Assembly (NCBI GenBank): GCA_965645245.1
Contig: OZ287067.1
Location: forward strand, 2,046,001 to 2,110,000
Reading direction: 5' to 3'
DNA from: Massalongia carnosa
Lineage: Eukaryota
Length of the DNA: 64,000 nucleotides
Shown: piece after piece, positions 52,793 through 64,000 of the stretch
Numbering within the stretch: the stretch's first letter is position 1
How the letters are laid out: each line of letters starts with the position of its first letter
Program-made: the position numbers and the translations under genes
Notes under the pieces: generated by a model
Seen by the model: only the letters and a program-made list of their open reading frames with translations
What the model was told of the DNA's origin: nothing
The model's database searches: none

Positions 52793-55700
52793 CTAATCCT
52801 GTAATCTCAACACTTTCATATCCTCCTCGACGCTCAAAATCCCCATAGCCCAGTAGACCCTCGTGCCAGGGTTAACGGTAATGAATCGCCGATCATTGTT
52901 ATCCTTGGGTGGATACATCGCCGCCACAGGGTCCCGGCTCCGGCCCGCAACTCGATCGTCTTTGGCCGCCATATTCATCGTCCGCTGGTACGCCGGCCCC
53001 TTACCCATTTCCGCCGCTCGCATCCAGCTGCGCTCGCACCCGGACGCGATGAGCGCGCTAGTCTGCCATCCCGTCAGCCGCGCCACATCGCGCAGCTTAG
53101 TGATGGTCCATCCCCGCTGGGCTGCATCGCGATATTGCACACCAGCGTGAAAGAGACCCATGCACGAGTCCGTCAGGGCGGCGCCATGAGTGGGGTTAAG
53201 AGGGGTGGTGTTGGTTAGAGGTTGGATGCCAGCGCAGATGCGGCCAATGGTATTAGCCCAGCTAGCAGTAACAGGGGCAGCAGCGCCGACGGCGGCCATA
53301 GCGGCCGGAGGCATGGACGGGTGACCGCGGGCGGCCATGAGGCGGGCGGTGTAGAAGAGGGCCCAGACGCAGGAAATAGAGTAGGCGCGGTAGTAGAGAG
53401 CCGGGCCGAACGGGGTGGATAGGGGTTGCATATGATCAGGCGAAAGGGGTTGGTAGTCGGGACCGAGGCTTTCTTCGAAGACGTCGAGAGCATTGCAAAG
53501 GTCGTTCCATTCCCGCTCGGCTTCAATGGTGGCCGCTTCTAGAGCCTGCTCCTCTGCGGGGGAGCTATTGCGATGCCTAATTTCCGGTTGTTCCTGCGTG
53601 AACCCGGATGGTAAGCGGACGGGGCCTGTTGGTGGCAACATTCCATACATGGAAGGTGGTTGTTGTTGCATATTAGAGGGTTGAGGGTAGCCGGCCAGAT
53701 TTGGTGGCGACACTTCTTGGTTTGATTGGCTCGGGGGCTCGGGGAAGCCGCCTGGCTGGGCGTTCCTTCGATTTGGGCTCACCTCTGAAGCTCTAATCTT
53801 TCTTTTTTGGTCCTTGCCGTTGAAATCGGCAATTCGAGCGACGAGCAGAATGAGATGGTCCATAGTCCCAAAAACCGCATCCAACTTGCCGACCGGAGCT
53901 CTAGGCGGACAATGACTCCACCGCTCGTAAGGCAATCTAGGTGAGATTAGCGTCTCTCATGGAAAACCCCGTCGAAGGATACCAACAAAAGCCGGTTTCC
54001 GCTGACCATGCTCTGATACATATCCTGTTTGCGATACCACCAGAACAAATCACATTGAACGTCAAAATTCTCCATTTCTTTAGCTGTAAGCGGTTGGCAA
54101 TCCGAGTCTGCTAGTGCGCCAATTTCATGTACACTGCCATACTGCTTGTAACTTGTTCTCCAGCCCGTTAAAGCGCTTACAAGGTTTTCATCAATATAAT
54201 CCTGGTCAAGTGCTAGATCGTTGCTCGGAGGAAGCTCGTCGTATGTATATTTGTAGCCGTTGTTGCCTTGATGAGACAATCGAGTTCTTCTCTCTCTTTC
54301 CAACTGGACTTTGTGCGCTTTGGCTCGTTTGCCCAATCCGACAAAATCGATGTCCATTATCAGCTGCCTCGCACCAGCAAGGTGGCTGTTCCACTTGTTG
54401 TGCTCCGCGGTCGTAACTTCGTAGAAACCGAGCAGAAGAGTAGCCGCAAGCGTGGCAACTTCTTGCCGTTTGGTTGGCTTACTCAAGGCTTTCGCAACTC
54501 TTCGAAGAGCATAATGATAATGCTTCAGCGATGGGGTCGGAGAAGTTTGTTGAAGCTTGGCTATGTGTAGGCTGGCCAGCGCCAGCATTGCATGGAGGAG
54601 TCCTTGATTGGTCAGAGCAAGCATTGGCATCGTGTAGGTCCAAAGCGATCGTTGCGAAGGTGGCACTGGATGACCGGAAAACATGATGGAAGGATTCGCA
54701 GGATGACGCTCACCTAGGGAAAGCGTGGGAGCTGTCGCGGTAATGAAATGACAAAATACTCGGGCAGTTTGGGGATCCATGAGCGGGGAAGCGGTATAGA
54801 CAGGATGGTAGGTTGCTAAAACGTTGGGTTCGTTCAGGAATCCATGCAACGATCTGATTCCCCTGCTGTTTTGATTCGCCGAAAGAGCTAGCATTAATCC
54901 AAGATCCGAGGTTGATGCAGCTGCCAAGCGGCCGTGCGTAGCCACGTTCTCTTCGTCGGAATCAACATCCCAGTAATCGTCTTCTCGATCGTCTACGGTG
55001 GAAAAAGGTTGCAGCAACGGGAACATGTATGGGTCCGAAGCCGTTTGAGGAGTCTGATCTGTCAGGCGCATCAGCGCTAGCTCTCAACAGCATGTCACCA
55101 TAAACCTGGAAATGGGCACGAAATGGAGTGAAACGGTTGGTTCTCATCACAATGGGGATTGATACATACCATTGCCTTCCTGTTTGAGCCATTCAACCCC
55201 TGTGTTGATTGGACGATTGGGCTGAGGGATAACGGACGGATGACCACTTTGGGCTGGTTTACGCCAGAGATCCGGATTACTTTCCTGTGGCTGGCTTGCA
55301 TAGGCCATTTGCGAAAAACGGTCAGTTCGACTCGCTTCAGACATGACACTCCTAGCAGGGCTCATTCCATATCTTTCACGGTTAGCGTACCCCACCAATT
55401 GGGCGTTGGACGATGGTGAGCTGTGAGACCAATCCGACGTCAAGCCCGAATGACTCATTTCAATGCCATTCTCGCTTTCACCAGGGCCCTGAGCCGGAAA
55501 CGAGGGATGCGCATTTGTCCTTGTGTAACTTGTGGTATTCCGGTCAGTGACATAGCTATCTTGAGTCGTACCTTGAGAAATATCCAGAGCTAAAAGGGTT
55601 TGGTGAGCCCGAGGAGGTGGGTCATGATGTAGGTACATTTGGCTGTTATATGGATAGCCATATTGGCTGCAGAGATCTCCCGAGATTGGATGGCCAGTCA

Positions 55701-56261
55701 TCGCAGCCATCGAGCTGGATTCCGCATGATCGTCCTGAGCCGAGGGACGCGGTGCAATCACGGGCAAAGGGACTTGGTTCGCCGAATGATGGAGCTGCAT
55801 CTGGCCATACTGGGCTGCTGCCGGATCTCGACCTGAGAGAGGATGAAATTGGACAGACGTCCCCTGTGGAGCTCCTAGGCCCGGGCGAAAGGCGCTAAGA
55901 GGATCTTTAAAGATCACTCGAGGAGTGTAGCCCTCGCAGTTGCGTTTCGACTTGACGCAATTACTACACGTTGGTCGCTCCTCTCCGCATTTAATGCGCC
56001 GCTTCCTACATGCTATAATCCATTAACTCGGGACGAACCCGGTGGAGACCACGTTCGTGGCTTACTCAGGCAGCCAGTCTTCGTGCGCTTTCGTGCTTTC
56101 AATGGATTGGAGACTCGGGACGCATCTGCTGTGCCGGAGTTGGAGTTTTTTGATGCGTCAGCGGCGACTACGTCGTCATTGTCCTCGGTTTTGATAGCTT
56201 GTGCCTGATGAGCCTCTTCACTGACCGACGGACTGCCTATTGTCGTCCTAGATGATGCCAT
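52793..56261 (-). CDS. Zn(II)2Cys6 transcription factor with Fungal_trans_2-type domain
   Basis: RKRTKTGCL|TCRKRRIKCGEERPTCSNCVKSKRNCEGY; later LLHAMLALASLH...HY..AL...LAATLLLGFYE...W..HL.GA. Confidence 0.9.
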
Positions 56262-56941
56262 CTTCCTTTGCTAGGCCGTAATTCTCTATTCACTGTGAAA
56301 AGCTAGTCGAGGGTCGACTGAGTTTCATAAAGTTCATCTGAAGCTTGCTGTTTTATTAATCGCAAGGCCGTCACTCTCGATTTTATATATATGCTCATTG
56401 CGGTAACTATGTCGGACAAGCTAATACTTCTCAGGCCGCCGTTAAATGTCCAAAGGTTTGACGCAGAATCGGCGGCACACATGCAACGGCGCCTTCCTCG
56501 TGCCCAGTTGCAGCAGTAGTGAAAGCTATATGCTCTATGGAGATGATTGGGGGCTGTCCCAACTTGCCTAGCGCGGGCTACTTAAAGGAAGTCGACCCTG
56601 CAAATGGGGAATAGGAGAAGATTAGTGGCGTTTTTTGGGGGGGAAAGAGGGTTTGGATAGGCATGCCATGAGCCAACGAAGAGAACAGAGAAATGGCGGA
56701 AGGATCGAGATAGATTTGCTGGCGCTCTGTTCTATAGCGTTCGGAGGAGGAGGAGGATGGACGGAAGTAGTCAGACTAGCAGATGCACCGCGCCATGGCG
56801 CTATGGCGCTACATGCGTGTGAGTGTTTTGGCCATTTTCTGGGGATCCTAGATCATCTCATCATACGCTATGGTCTATACTCTCTAGATACATACTCTAT
56901 AAAGAAGCGAATGCAGACTCGATTAACCTCATTAATTCACT

Positions 56942-57043
56942 CCATCCAACCATCAACCATCCAACCATCCAACCATCCAATCATCCAATCATCCAACCAT
57001 CCAATCATCCAATCATCCAATCATCCAATCATCCAATCATCCA
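56942..57043. repeat. Octamer tandem repeat (CATCCAAY) x about 12
   Basis: catccaac units followed mainly by catccaat units, upstream of the Zn2Cys6 gene. Confidence 0.92.
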
Positions 57044-59518
57044 CAGGCGTAACGTAACGACTGGTCTAGATGCGCCTGGGGGTTAAGTTGGTGTGCAAAT
57101 TACGGATTATGTAGTACTCTGTACGAGGTCCTCTCCGCATTATTTCATATGTTTCAGTACTACGGAGTATATAGACTTTATACGGAGTACTCGGTCCGTT
57201 CAGAACACTATTTATTATCCGTCAGGCGCAACGCAACACGAGACAAACTCCCTTCAAACGTTGCAAAGCAATGCAAAGCAAGTTCGAACGAAAGATACTT
57301 TCGGGGACGGAATGAAGTCATTCGGGCCCCTGTTTCTCCCTTACAGATGTTTTTCCCAGAAACGAAATGTTTCCTTGTGTTCTTGTGTTTCGCTGCCAGA
57401 TACGAACCTGTCAGGAAGATCTAGTCCGGAAAGAGGAAGCTCCGCCCCGTAGCCCTATTGTGAAGTGATGATGTGATTGTTCTTAAGCCGTCGGCCTTGA
57501 CAAAAGACCTGTATTCGCAGGGATACCACTCCTATCGCGTTCTGATTGGCTTGCTGCTGCAAGATATCGGCGGCATGCTCCGTTATCCTTGTCACCATTG
57601 TAAAGGCTGCCGAACAAGAACCAAAAGTAGTACAGCACCCTCGTCATGCGCTATCTTGGATGAGAACGGAGAAGGACCGAAGATACTCTGTAACGGAACG
57701 GAAGTAGTCGGTGTATAGATACTTCAGCTAAGGGAGTGACGCGGTTAGTCGCTTTTCCACTCTCCAACCTTTGCACCTGTACAGTGTAAAGTACAGCGTA
57801 CAACATTACAGAGTACAACAACAGTACAGAGTACAGAGTCATAGTATCTAGATACAGAGAATGGCAAAGTGCAGAGTACACGATACTTGCTTAGGTGCGT
57901 AACGTTACCTACGTAAGGATTGTTTCTGACACACATGCACTTTCCCTCTCCCGCAGCTCGCAGCTCGCAACTCGCAGCCTACCGACAGACTGGACACGCA
58001 GCCTTCCTAAAAGCAAAAAATAAGCGCCACAACATTCAAGCCTAGAAGAAACCCGATGGAAGCTTTGGGATGGAAGGCAGAGAACATTCCATGCATCAGG
58101 ATGACTATCCAGGCCGACTCCGTAGCAAAATAATAAGGCTGAGATTAGGGAAAGGAGGACGGCGTCGATGTGGCTTCAAGAGCCGGTGGACTGACCGGTT
58201 TGGGACGGTCGACGCCGACTCATCACGGCAAGGACCCAATGAGATATGCCCGAATCATGACTAGTAGCTACATTGTACTTAAATCAAGGAGAGGAGCCGG
58301 CCTAACTACCTAGCCTAGGAAGAGAGTCACTACGTATTCCGCACTCCTTAATATCGAGTAGACAGGCCATCATAGAAAATCCCATTCCTCAAGCAAATCA
58401 GTTAGCCTTCTAACCTACAACTTTCTTCCGCACGTGGTTTGTTTGATAAATTATCTATCGAATCGAAGCAGCAACGATGCATCATAGTTGGGGAGAACAT
58501 TGGTCGCGCAGCCCTCTTCTTTGGGAAATAGAACAGGCTGTTAGTGTGGTCTGATAACTAACTTTTTGTCCCTTTTGTTTACTCCGTACTTCCCAGCAAG
58601 ACCCCGTTGTTTATGTTCCTGCGTTAGCTTTCGGACCCGGGTGGCATACGCTTCTGCAAGTAAGAGGTTCGAGATAATAGGTGGCAGGAGTACTTCGTAC
58701 ATAGGCCGCCATTCAAGGAAGTCCGTGAGGCTGCGTATTCGCGATAATGACTGACTGACGATTCTTTCGCGGGCATTGCACGTTCTTATTAAGCAGAGGC
58801 ATGGATATCGAGACTGGTCGAATTCCCCCCACCGTCCACTGATGATAGGTTTACATGAACATAGGACATAGCTAAAGCTCGGTGGTGGAATCGGAGCCCC
58901 TGATCAGAATATGCTTCCGCAACTGCAGAGTATGTACTCTGTACTCCGTAGGTACATATCTTAGGCATCTGATGTGGAAACCTAAAGTGAAGTCCAATCT
59001 CAAGGCTTGTCCTGTCAATGTCAATGCTTCGAAAGAAAGCCTTGCCAATAACTCCGGAGATGCACACACCCTCCGCCTTGAATGAAGTATGGATGTACTC
59101 TCGGTCATTCGGCCGGATTCTCAATTCATTTTGCGTGCGTGCATGTCTTTGACTGGGACGCATCAAAAAACGTAGCGGTCTGTCCAGGTCGATTGTCAAG
59201 ATAGTGGTTGGTGCTTTTCCTACCAGGCACCTGTTTCAACGGCGACGGGAGATTACGAAAAAAAGGAAAAACTAAAAATCAGAAAACGGAGAGCTCTTGG
59301 CCCATGGGCTGAAGCGACGACGGCAGCAGTTTCAAGCTTTGAACTCGACATCTCTCCAACCAAGAAACACGATTCCATCACTAAGTCGCATAGTTGCTCC
59401 CATTATCTAAGGTACTCTGCAACCGCGCAACCTCCTCACTCGAGAAGGCAAATCGCTTTTCCCTGTCGAAGTACCAGTCTTCACCCAACTTCCGCACGAG
59501 CGATCTCATGCCGATTTT

Positions 59519-60919
59519 CTACCCCTTCATCGCCAAACCCAGCACGAACGCGAATGCCATTATTGCTGTCAACATCTTACTCCTCTGCCTCACCCCCCCT
59601 CCCTCGAAACTCAAAACATTACTACCCCCAACACCCGCTGCACTGAACCCTACATTTCCACCCTGGTAGAGATCCCTGGTCCCCGTTGCAGACGCACTTG
59701 ACGCATTGAGTCTGCCATCCACATATAATGGCACCAACGCCTTGCTGCTGGCAGTCGCTGGGGCAGTTGGATATGTTGGGTACGCAGTATGAATAAAGGG
59801 ATCTGTGCTGGGCGACGAAAAATCAGCAATCGCGGCGAGAGAGCCGGCGAGCGAAGAAGAGATATCAGTTGTGGGAAGATATGCGTCTACCGAGGAAACA
59901 ATGGTGGTGGAGGCATCGATGGAGGCTGATGGTGTAGCAACGGAGGAGGGAGATGAAGCAACGTACGACGAAGCGGTCGTAACGGACGATGTAGGCACCA
60001 CGGTCGAGGACGCAAGAACAGAGTTTGTTGGTGCTACGGTAGCAACGGGAGTTGAGGAAGCAGGTACCATGGACGAAGAGACACCTGCCGTGGACGAAGG
60101 AGCTATCATAGTTGATGAAGGGATAACTGTCGTTGACGAGACGATACCGGTTGGTGAGGTGACAACGATGGTGCTAGGTGTGGATGAGGTAGCCGATGAT
60201 GCAGCCGAAGCAATATTGAATTGAGGTGAGTAATTCGTGGTACCTGACTGATTGATCGAGAAGGCGTATGTGCCTGCTGGGAGGGATGCGGACGGGGTCC
60301 AGGTAAAGGGCGAGGTGGTTACCGAAGCTAGATTAGGGAGAGAAGTAAGTAAGCTGGAGAGATTATTGATTGATGTATGTAAGGGCGGGGGTGTAAGGGA
60401 GTAGAGCAAGAGCGTTGATGAAAAGATTGCGAGAAGTTCACAAGGGAATACTTACATGCAACAGTGTCAATCAGCTGCAGATTCGTCGGTGGACCGTTGA
60501 GGAGAAGAACAGTCACGGGCTAAATCATTTGTGGTCTCGTGTCAGCCCCATCAGCCAGAAGTTCATTTTTCCTATCATGGAGGTTCGGAATATCAACTAC
60601 TTTGCCGTCCTTCTTCACTGGCCTTTTACCACATTTTTCTCGTCCCGCTTCTCGTCCTTGGCACAACCTATACAAGCAAGAGTGTATAGGAGGGGAACGC
60701 GACACAGTCATATCTTTGTCTCACATGGGAACCATTCAATCCACCTCGAGAGGATTAACGACAAAAGTCTGCACGAACCTGTCCGTTTCCTGTCCAAGAA
60801 ACATTAAATAGGCTTCCCGCTACCACGTGTGAGTAATCGGGTATCGTGAACGATACCACTTGGGCAAGCGCGAGCGTTGGCGCCAGCACCGCCGAGAGGA
60901 TTAACGGTAGAAGGTGCAT
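59519..60919 (-). CDS. Secreted Ser/Thr-rich, probably GPI-anchored cell-wall protein (Kre9/Knh-like N-terminus)
   Basis: Signal peptide MHLLPLILSAVLAPTLALA; FT.P...FNVSW|PVTVLLLNGP..NL; FTWTP..SLP.GTYAF.I..NYSPQF; S/T tract; hydrophobic C-terminus. Confidence 0.85.
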
Positions 60920-63065
60920 TGTCTTGCTTTCGTCAAGTATCTTGGTTTTCGATTTCTTTTTTTCAAACAATCAAAATAGTGTAGGGCGCGAGAGGGTGGT
61001 TGGACTAAAAAGAAGGAACTGCCCGAGAGAGTTGCAGCGCAGAGAGAAAAAGAAAGCGACAGTTATGTGGGCTCTTGATTGAGAATTCCTTCAGTTCTTC
61101 AGCGAAAATAGGGGTAGAGAGAAGGAAACAGGTATGTTCTTGAGTATTGTTTTTATTTGTTCAAGCTTCGAAATCCTGGTATATGAGTGATCTTAAATCT
61201 CCATTTTTTGTATACATTTTACACAGTTTCAAGAATTGCATTCCAACAACGCGTAAACATGCATACCACACCACTAACAATGAAACCAAACACGTTTGGT
61301 CGAGTCTCCTGCCGGACACAATACATGTCAGGAAACTACACCTTTAGTTAGGTCGGTCAATGAAGACACGCTGTACCTTTAAACCTTCTTCTTAACATGA
61401 CTACCCAGGAGCTGGCAGCAAGACACCATCTATACGAGTACATGGTACTATCTACGAGCCTGTGATTTATCAGGGGCTTACGATCTCACCTCTCGTGGAT
61501 GGAGTTGCAGTCAAGGAAGGTCATCAACACAGCCAAATGAGGCCCTACTGCCACGCATGCAGCCTAAACTCCATCTTATATCCTCATTCATTCATTCATT
61601 GAAATACTATTTCGATTACAGAAAGAAGCCTTAACAAGCCTATACGCGCATCCCGGATGCACAATCGGCTAGAACCAAAAGCAAATCTACTTTTAGAAGT
61701 TTGAACATCGTCCTCAATCAATCATATCATTTAATCTTAGACCCTGGTGTTATTTTACATCATACTTGTTCATTCATGAATCATCATCATCAATCTATAC
61801 CCAACATCAACCTTATAATCTACTCTGCGGGACATTCAGAGAATTTTTTCAATCGCGTTTCTCATAGGTAAAAAGCATGTGCGCACCCATTCCAGCAATA
61901 CCTATAAGAACTATTAAATCACTAATATTGAATCCGTTTCTCAATCCTTAATCAATCAATCAATATTGCCAAACCCTTCATTTACATGACATTGTTATAT
62001 ATACACTCGATGAATCTCTCCTTCCCCCTTTCTTAAAATCTACCTCAGGCGTAAAACCCCCCATTAAAAAACTCCGAAAGCGAGAGAGCACTAGACAACT
62101 TATGGGTTCATGTCCGAAAAAGATTCGATGGGATCATAAATTTCTTCATCTCATTCGTATTATTCTTGATAGTCTCGGATCTTTCGACAAGTGAACCCCG
62201 TCCATTGAAAACGTCTGACTTCACCACATTCATTTCCATTCCATTCCATTCCTCTCCTTTCTCTCCATTCTGTCTTCCTCTCATCTCTTTTCCTTCCACA
62301 CCTCTACCCCCACTAGCCTTTTCTCTCCTTTCTCCCCTCCCCCCTTCCCCATCTTTTAGGTTGCGAAAAAAACCGGGGGGAAGACCGGAAGGATGAAATG
62401 GATAAATGAGAAGATGTATGAAAAGAAGGGGGGGGGGAGGGGGTAGAAAAGTGGGGGAAAGGAGTACGTACGTAGGGAGGAATGGAGGGAGGCGGTTTTG
62501 GTTTGATTCGGTTGATTTATGAGGGGAAGGACAGTCACAAAGAGAGTGTGTGTAAGAGAGAGAAGCGCCATTTTTCAAAATACAGATGTATGTATACATG
62601 CAGGGATACATGCAAAAACGTGTATTTCAATAAAAAGGAAACCTCCCCTCCCTCGAACCCCCCGTTTCCTAGAAACTGATAGATAGATATACTCGTATAA
62701 CACAATGACTGATGACTAAGAGATACATAGGTAATCCCCATCCTATCCAATCATGAGTCGTACCTTGCAGGTATTTATCTATCTATTTATCTATGTGAGA
62801 TCTCCCTAATGCGAAACGCATAGCAAGACGATGAAACACTCAATCGGTAGGGGCGGTTTGGAGTTGCTCCGTTACGGAGATATAGTTAGGCTAGGAGGAG
62901 GGGGGGTGGGGGGCGATTATTTTGGGAGGCTGTTAGCAGCTAAGGATAACAGGTGGGCAGAAGGGTTGTTGGGAGCTAAATGCTAGGTAGGTAGAGATAA
63001 GTAGGCAGGGAAAGAAAAACGGGGAGTGGAGAGGATTTGAGCGGGTGAGGGGGGGAATTTATTTG

Positions 63066-64000
63066 TCAAGCCGCTAGCCCGCGCTTCTCGGACTCGGAGA
63101 AGAAGATAATCTGTATTAAGAGAAGGGGGTTTAGCTTGGATTGGACGTGGAAGGGGTGGTCGGTGAGAGGGACTGGGGGTTGCAAAACGTACCATGCGCC
63201 AGAGTTTCTTCACCAAGACTTCGGCTTCTTCGTCCAAGGCCTAGAAAGGGTGGAAGTTAGCAAGCAACCCCACCAGAAACAAGAAAGATTAAACAACCAA
63301 CGATAGAGGATACAATGGGGGGAAAAGTGGATGGAGAAAACGAAAACTTACCCCTTCAAGCTGCTCAACCAACGCTTGCGGCTCGCCCCTTTTCCGAATA
63401 TGCTCCTCTACCACCTCCACCAACATCTGCTCCTGCACCCCCAAATACTCGACAATCTTCTTCTCCACAAACGGCTTCAGCTGCTCGCCCAGCACCGTCT
63501 CGTCCACAAACTCCCATTTGACTGCCCACTGCCACAGTCCCTCCCTGTCCGACGGAATATCTGCCGCCAGCTGCCTCACCGCCTGCGCGCGCTCCTCCTC
63601 TGTCAACCCGAGCGCGTCGGCCGCGCTATCAAACTTGATTGGCACGAGCGTGCGCTTGGTCGTCGTGTCCGCCTCCTCCTCGTCTTCTAGCAGGCCCTCC
63701 ACTTCCGCCACCGTACGCCGGCTGTTCGTGGCTGCCGCTTGCGCCTTCTGCGCCGCGGCACCAAGGGACAGTTTGAAGCGCTGCGGTTCGCGTGCGGGCG
63801 CTGCTTTGGAATCCAGCTCCATGGCTTGGCGGTTGAGGAAGTCGTCGGCCATGCCACGAGCCTGCTCGCGCTGCTGCACGTCACGCGCGCGGTCGCGGTC
63901 CTCGGCCGCACGATCTAGGTCGTCAAGGTGGATCTCGCGCGCACGGAACGAGGCGCGGTTTCGGATCCAGAGACTACGATCCAGATAGTATTCTTCGACT
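63066..64000 (-). CDS. U1 snRNP-associated PWI-domain protein (Snu71/RBM25/Usp107 family), 3' part
   Basis: R/D/E-rich region, then PWI IP..REGLW...LKPFVEKKIVEYLGVQE...LDEEAEVLVKKLWRM|IIFFSESEKRGLAA*; runs off the window end. Confidence 0.88.

Noticed and set aside
56635..57086. ORFs with SNHPII repeats
   Set aside because: Translation artefact of the CATCCAAY tandem repeat.

Overview
Eukaryotic, intron-containing filamentous-ascomycete (Pezizomycotina) DNA; a lichen-forming/Lecanoromycete-like origin is a guess only. It holds about 16 intact protein genes: a PAS protein, ARG2, TIF35, NUP170, AIM41, an MFS transporter, a HET protein, GAL7, ERG28, IFA38, an SR-cyclophilin, a LaeA-like methyltransferase, KRR1, SPC97, PUP2, a Zn2Cys6 factor and a GPI Ser/Thr-rich protein, plus the 3' part of a PWI/SNU71 gene. 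Mobile DNA: a MITE, a decayed Tc1/mariner relic, a Fot1/pogo element with long TIRs, and a 5'-truncated Tad1-like LINE inside a Derlin pseudogene. Most striking: (1) an otherwise perfect tRNA-Leu(CAA) gene whose anticodon loop is interrupted by a 53-nt GT-AG spliceosomal-type intron as well as its normal tRNA intron; (2) a second, 35-bp retro-insertion of the same LINE 3' end with its own 13-bp TSD; (3) RIP-like hypermutation apparently targeting CpC rather than CpA; (4) a strongly enriched intergenic TAC[A/G]GAGTA motif; (5) a long multi-stem intron in the methyltransferase gene. Exon boundaries were read by eye and gene names come from motif recognition, not database searches.
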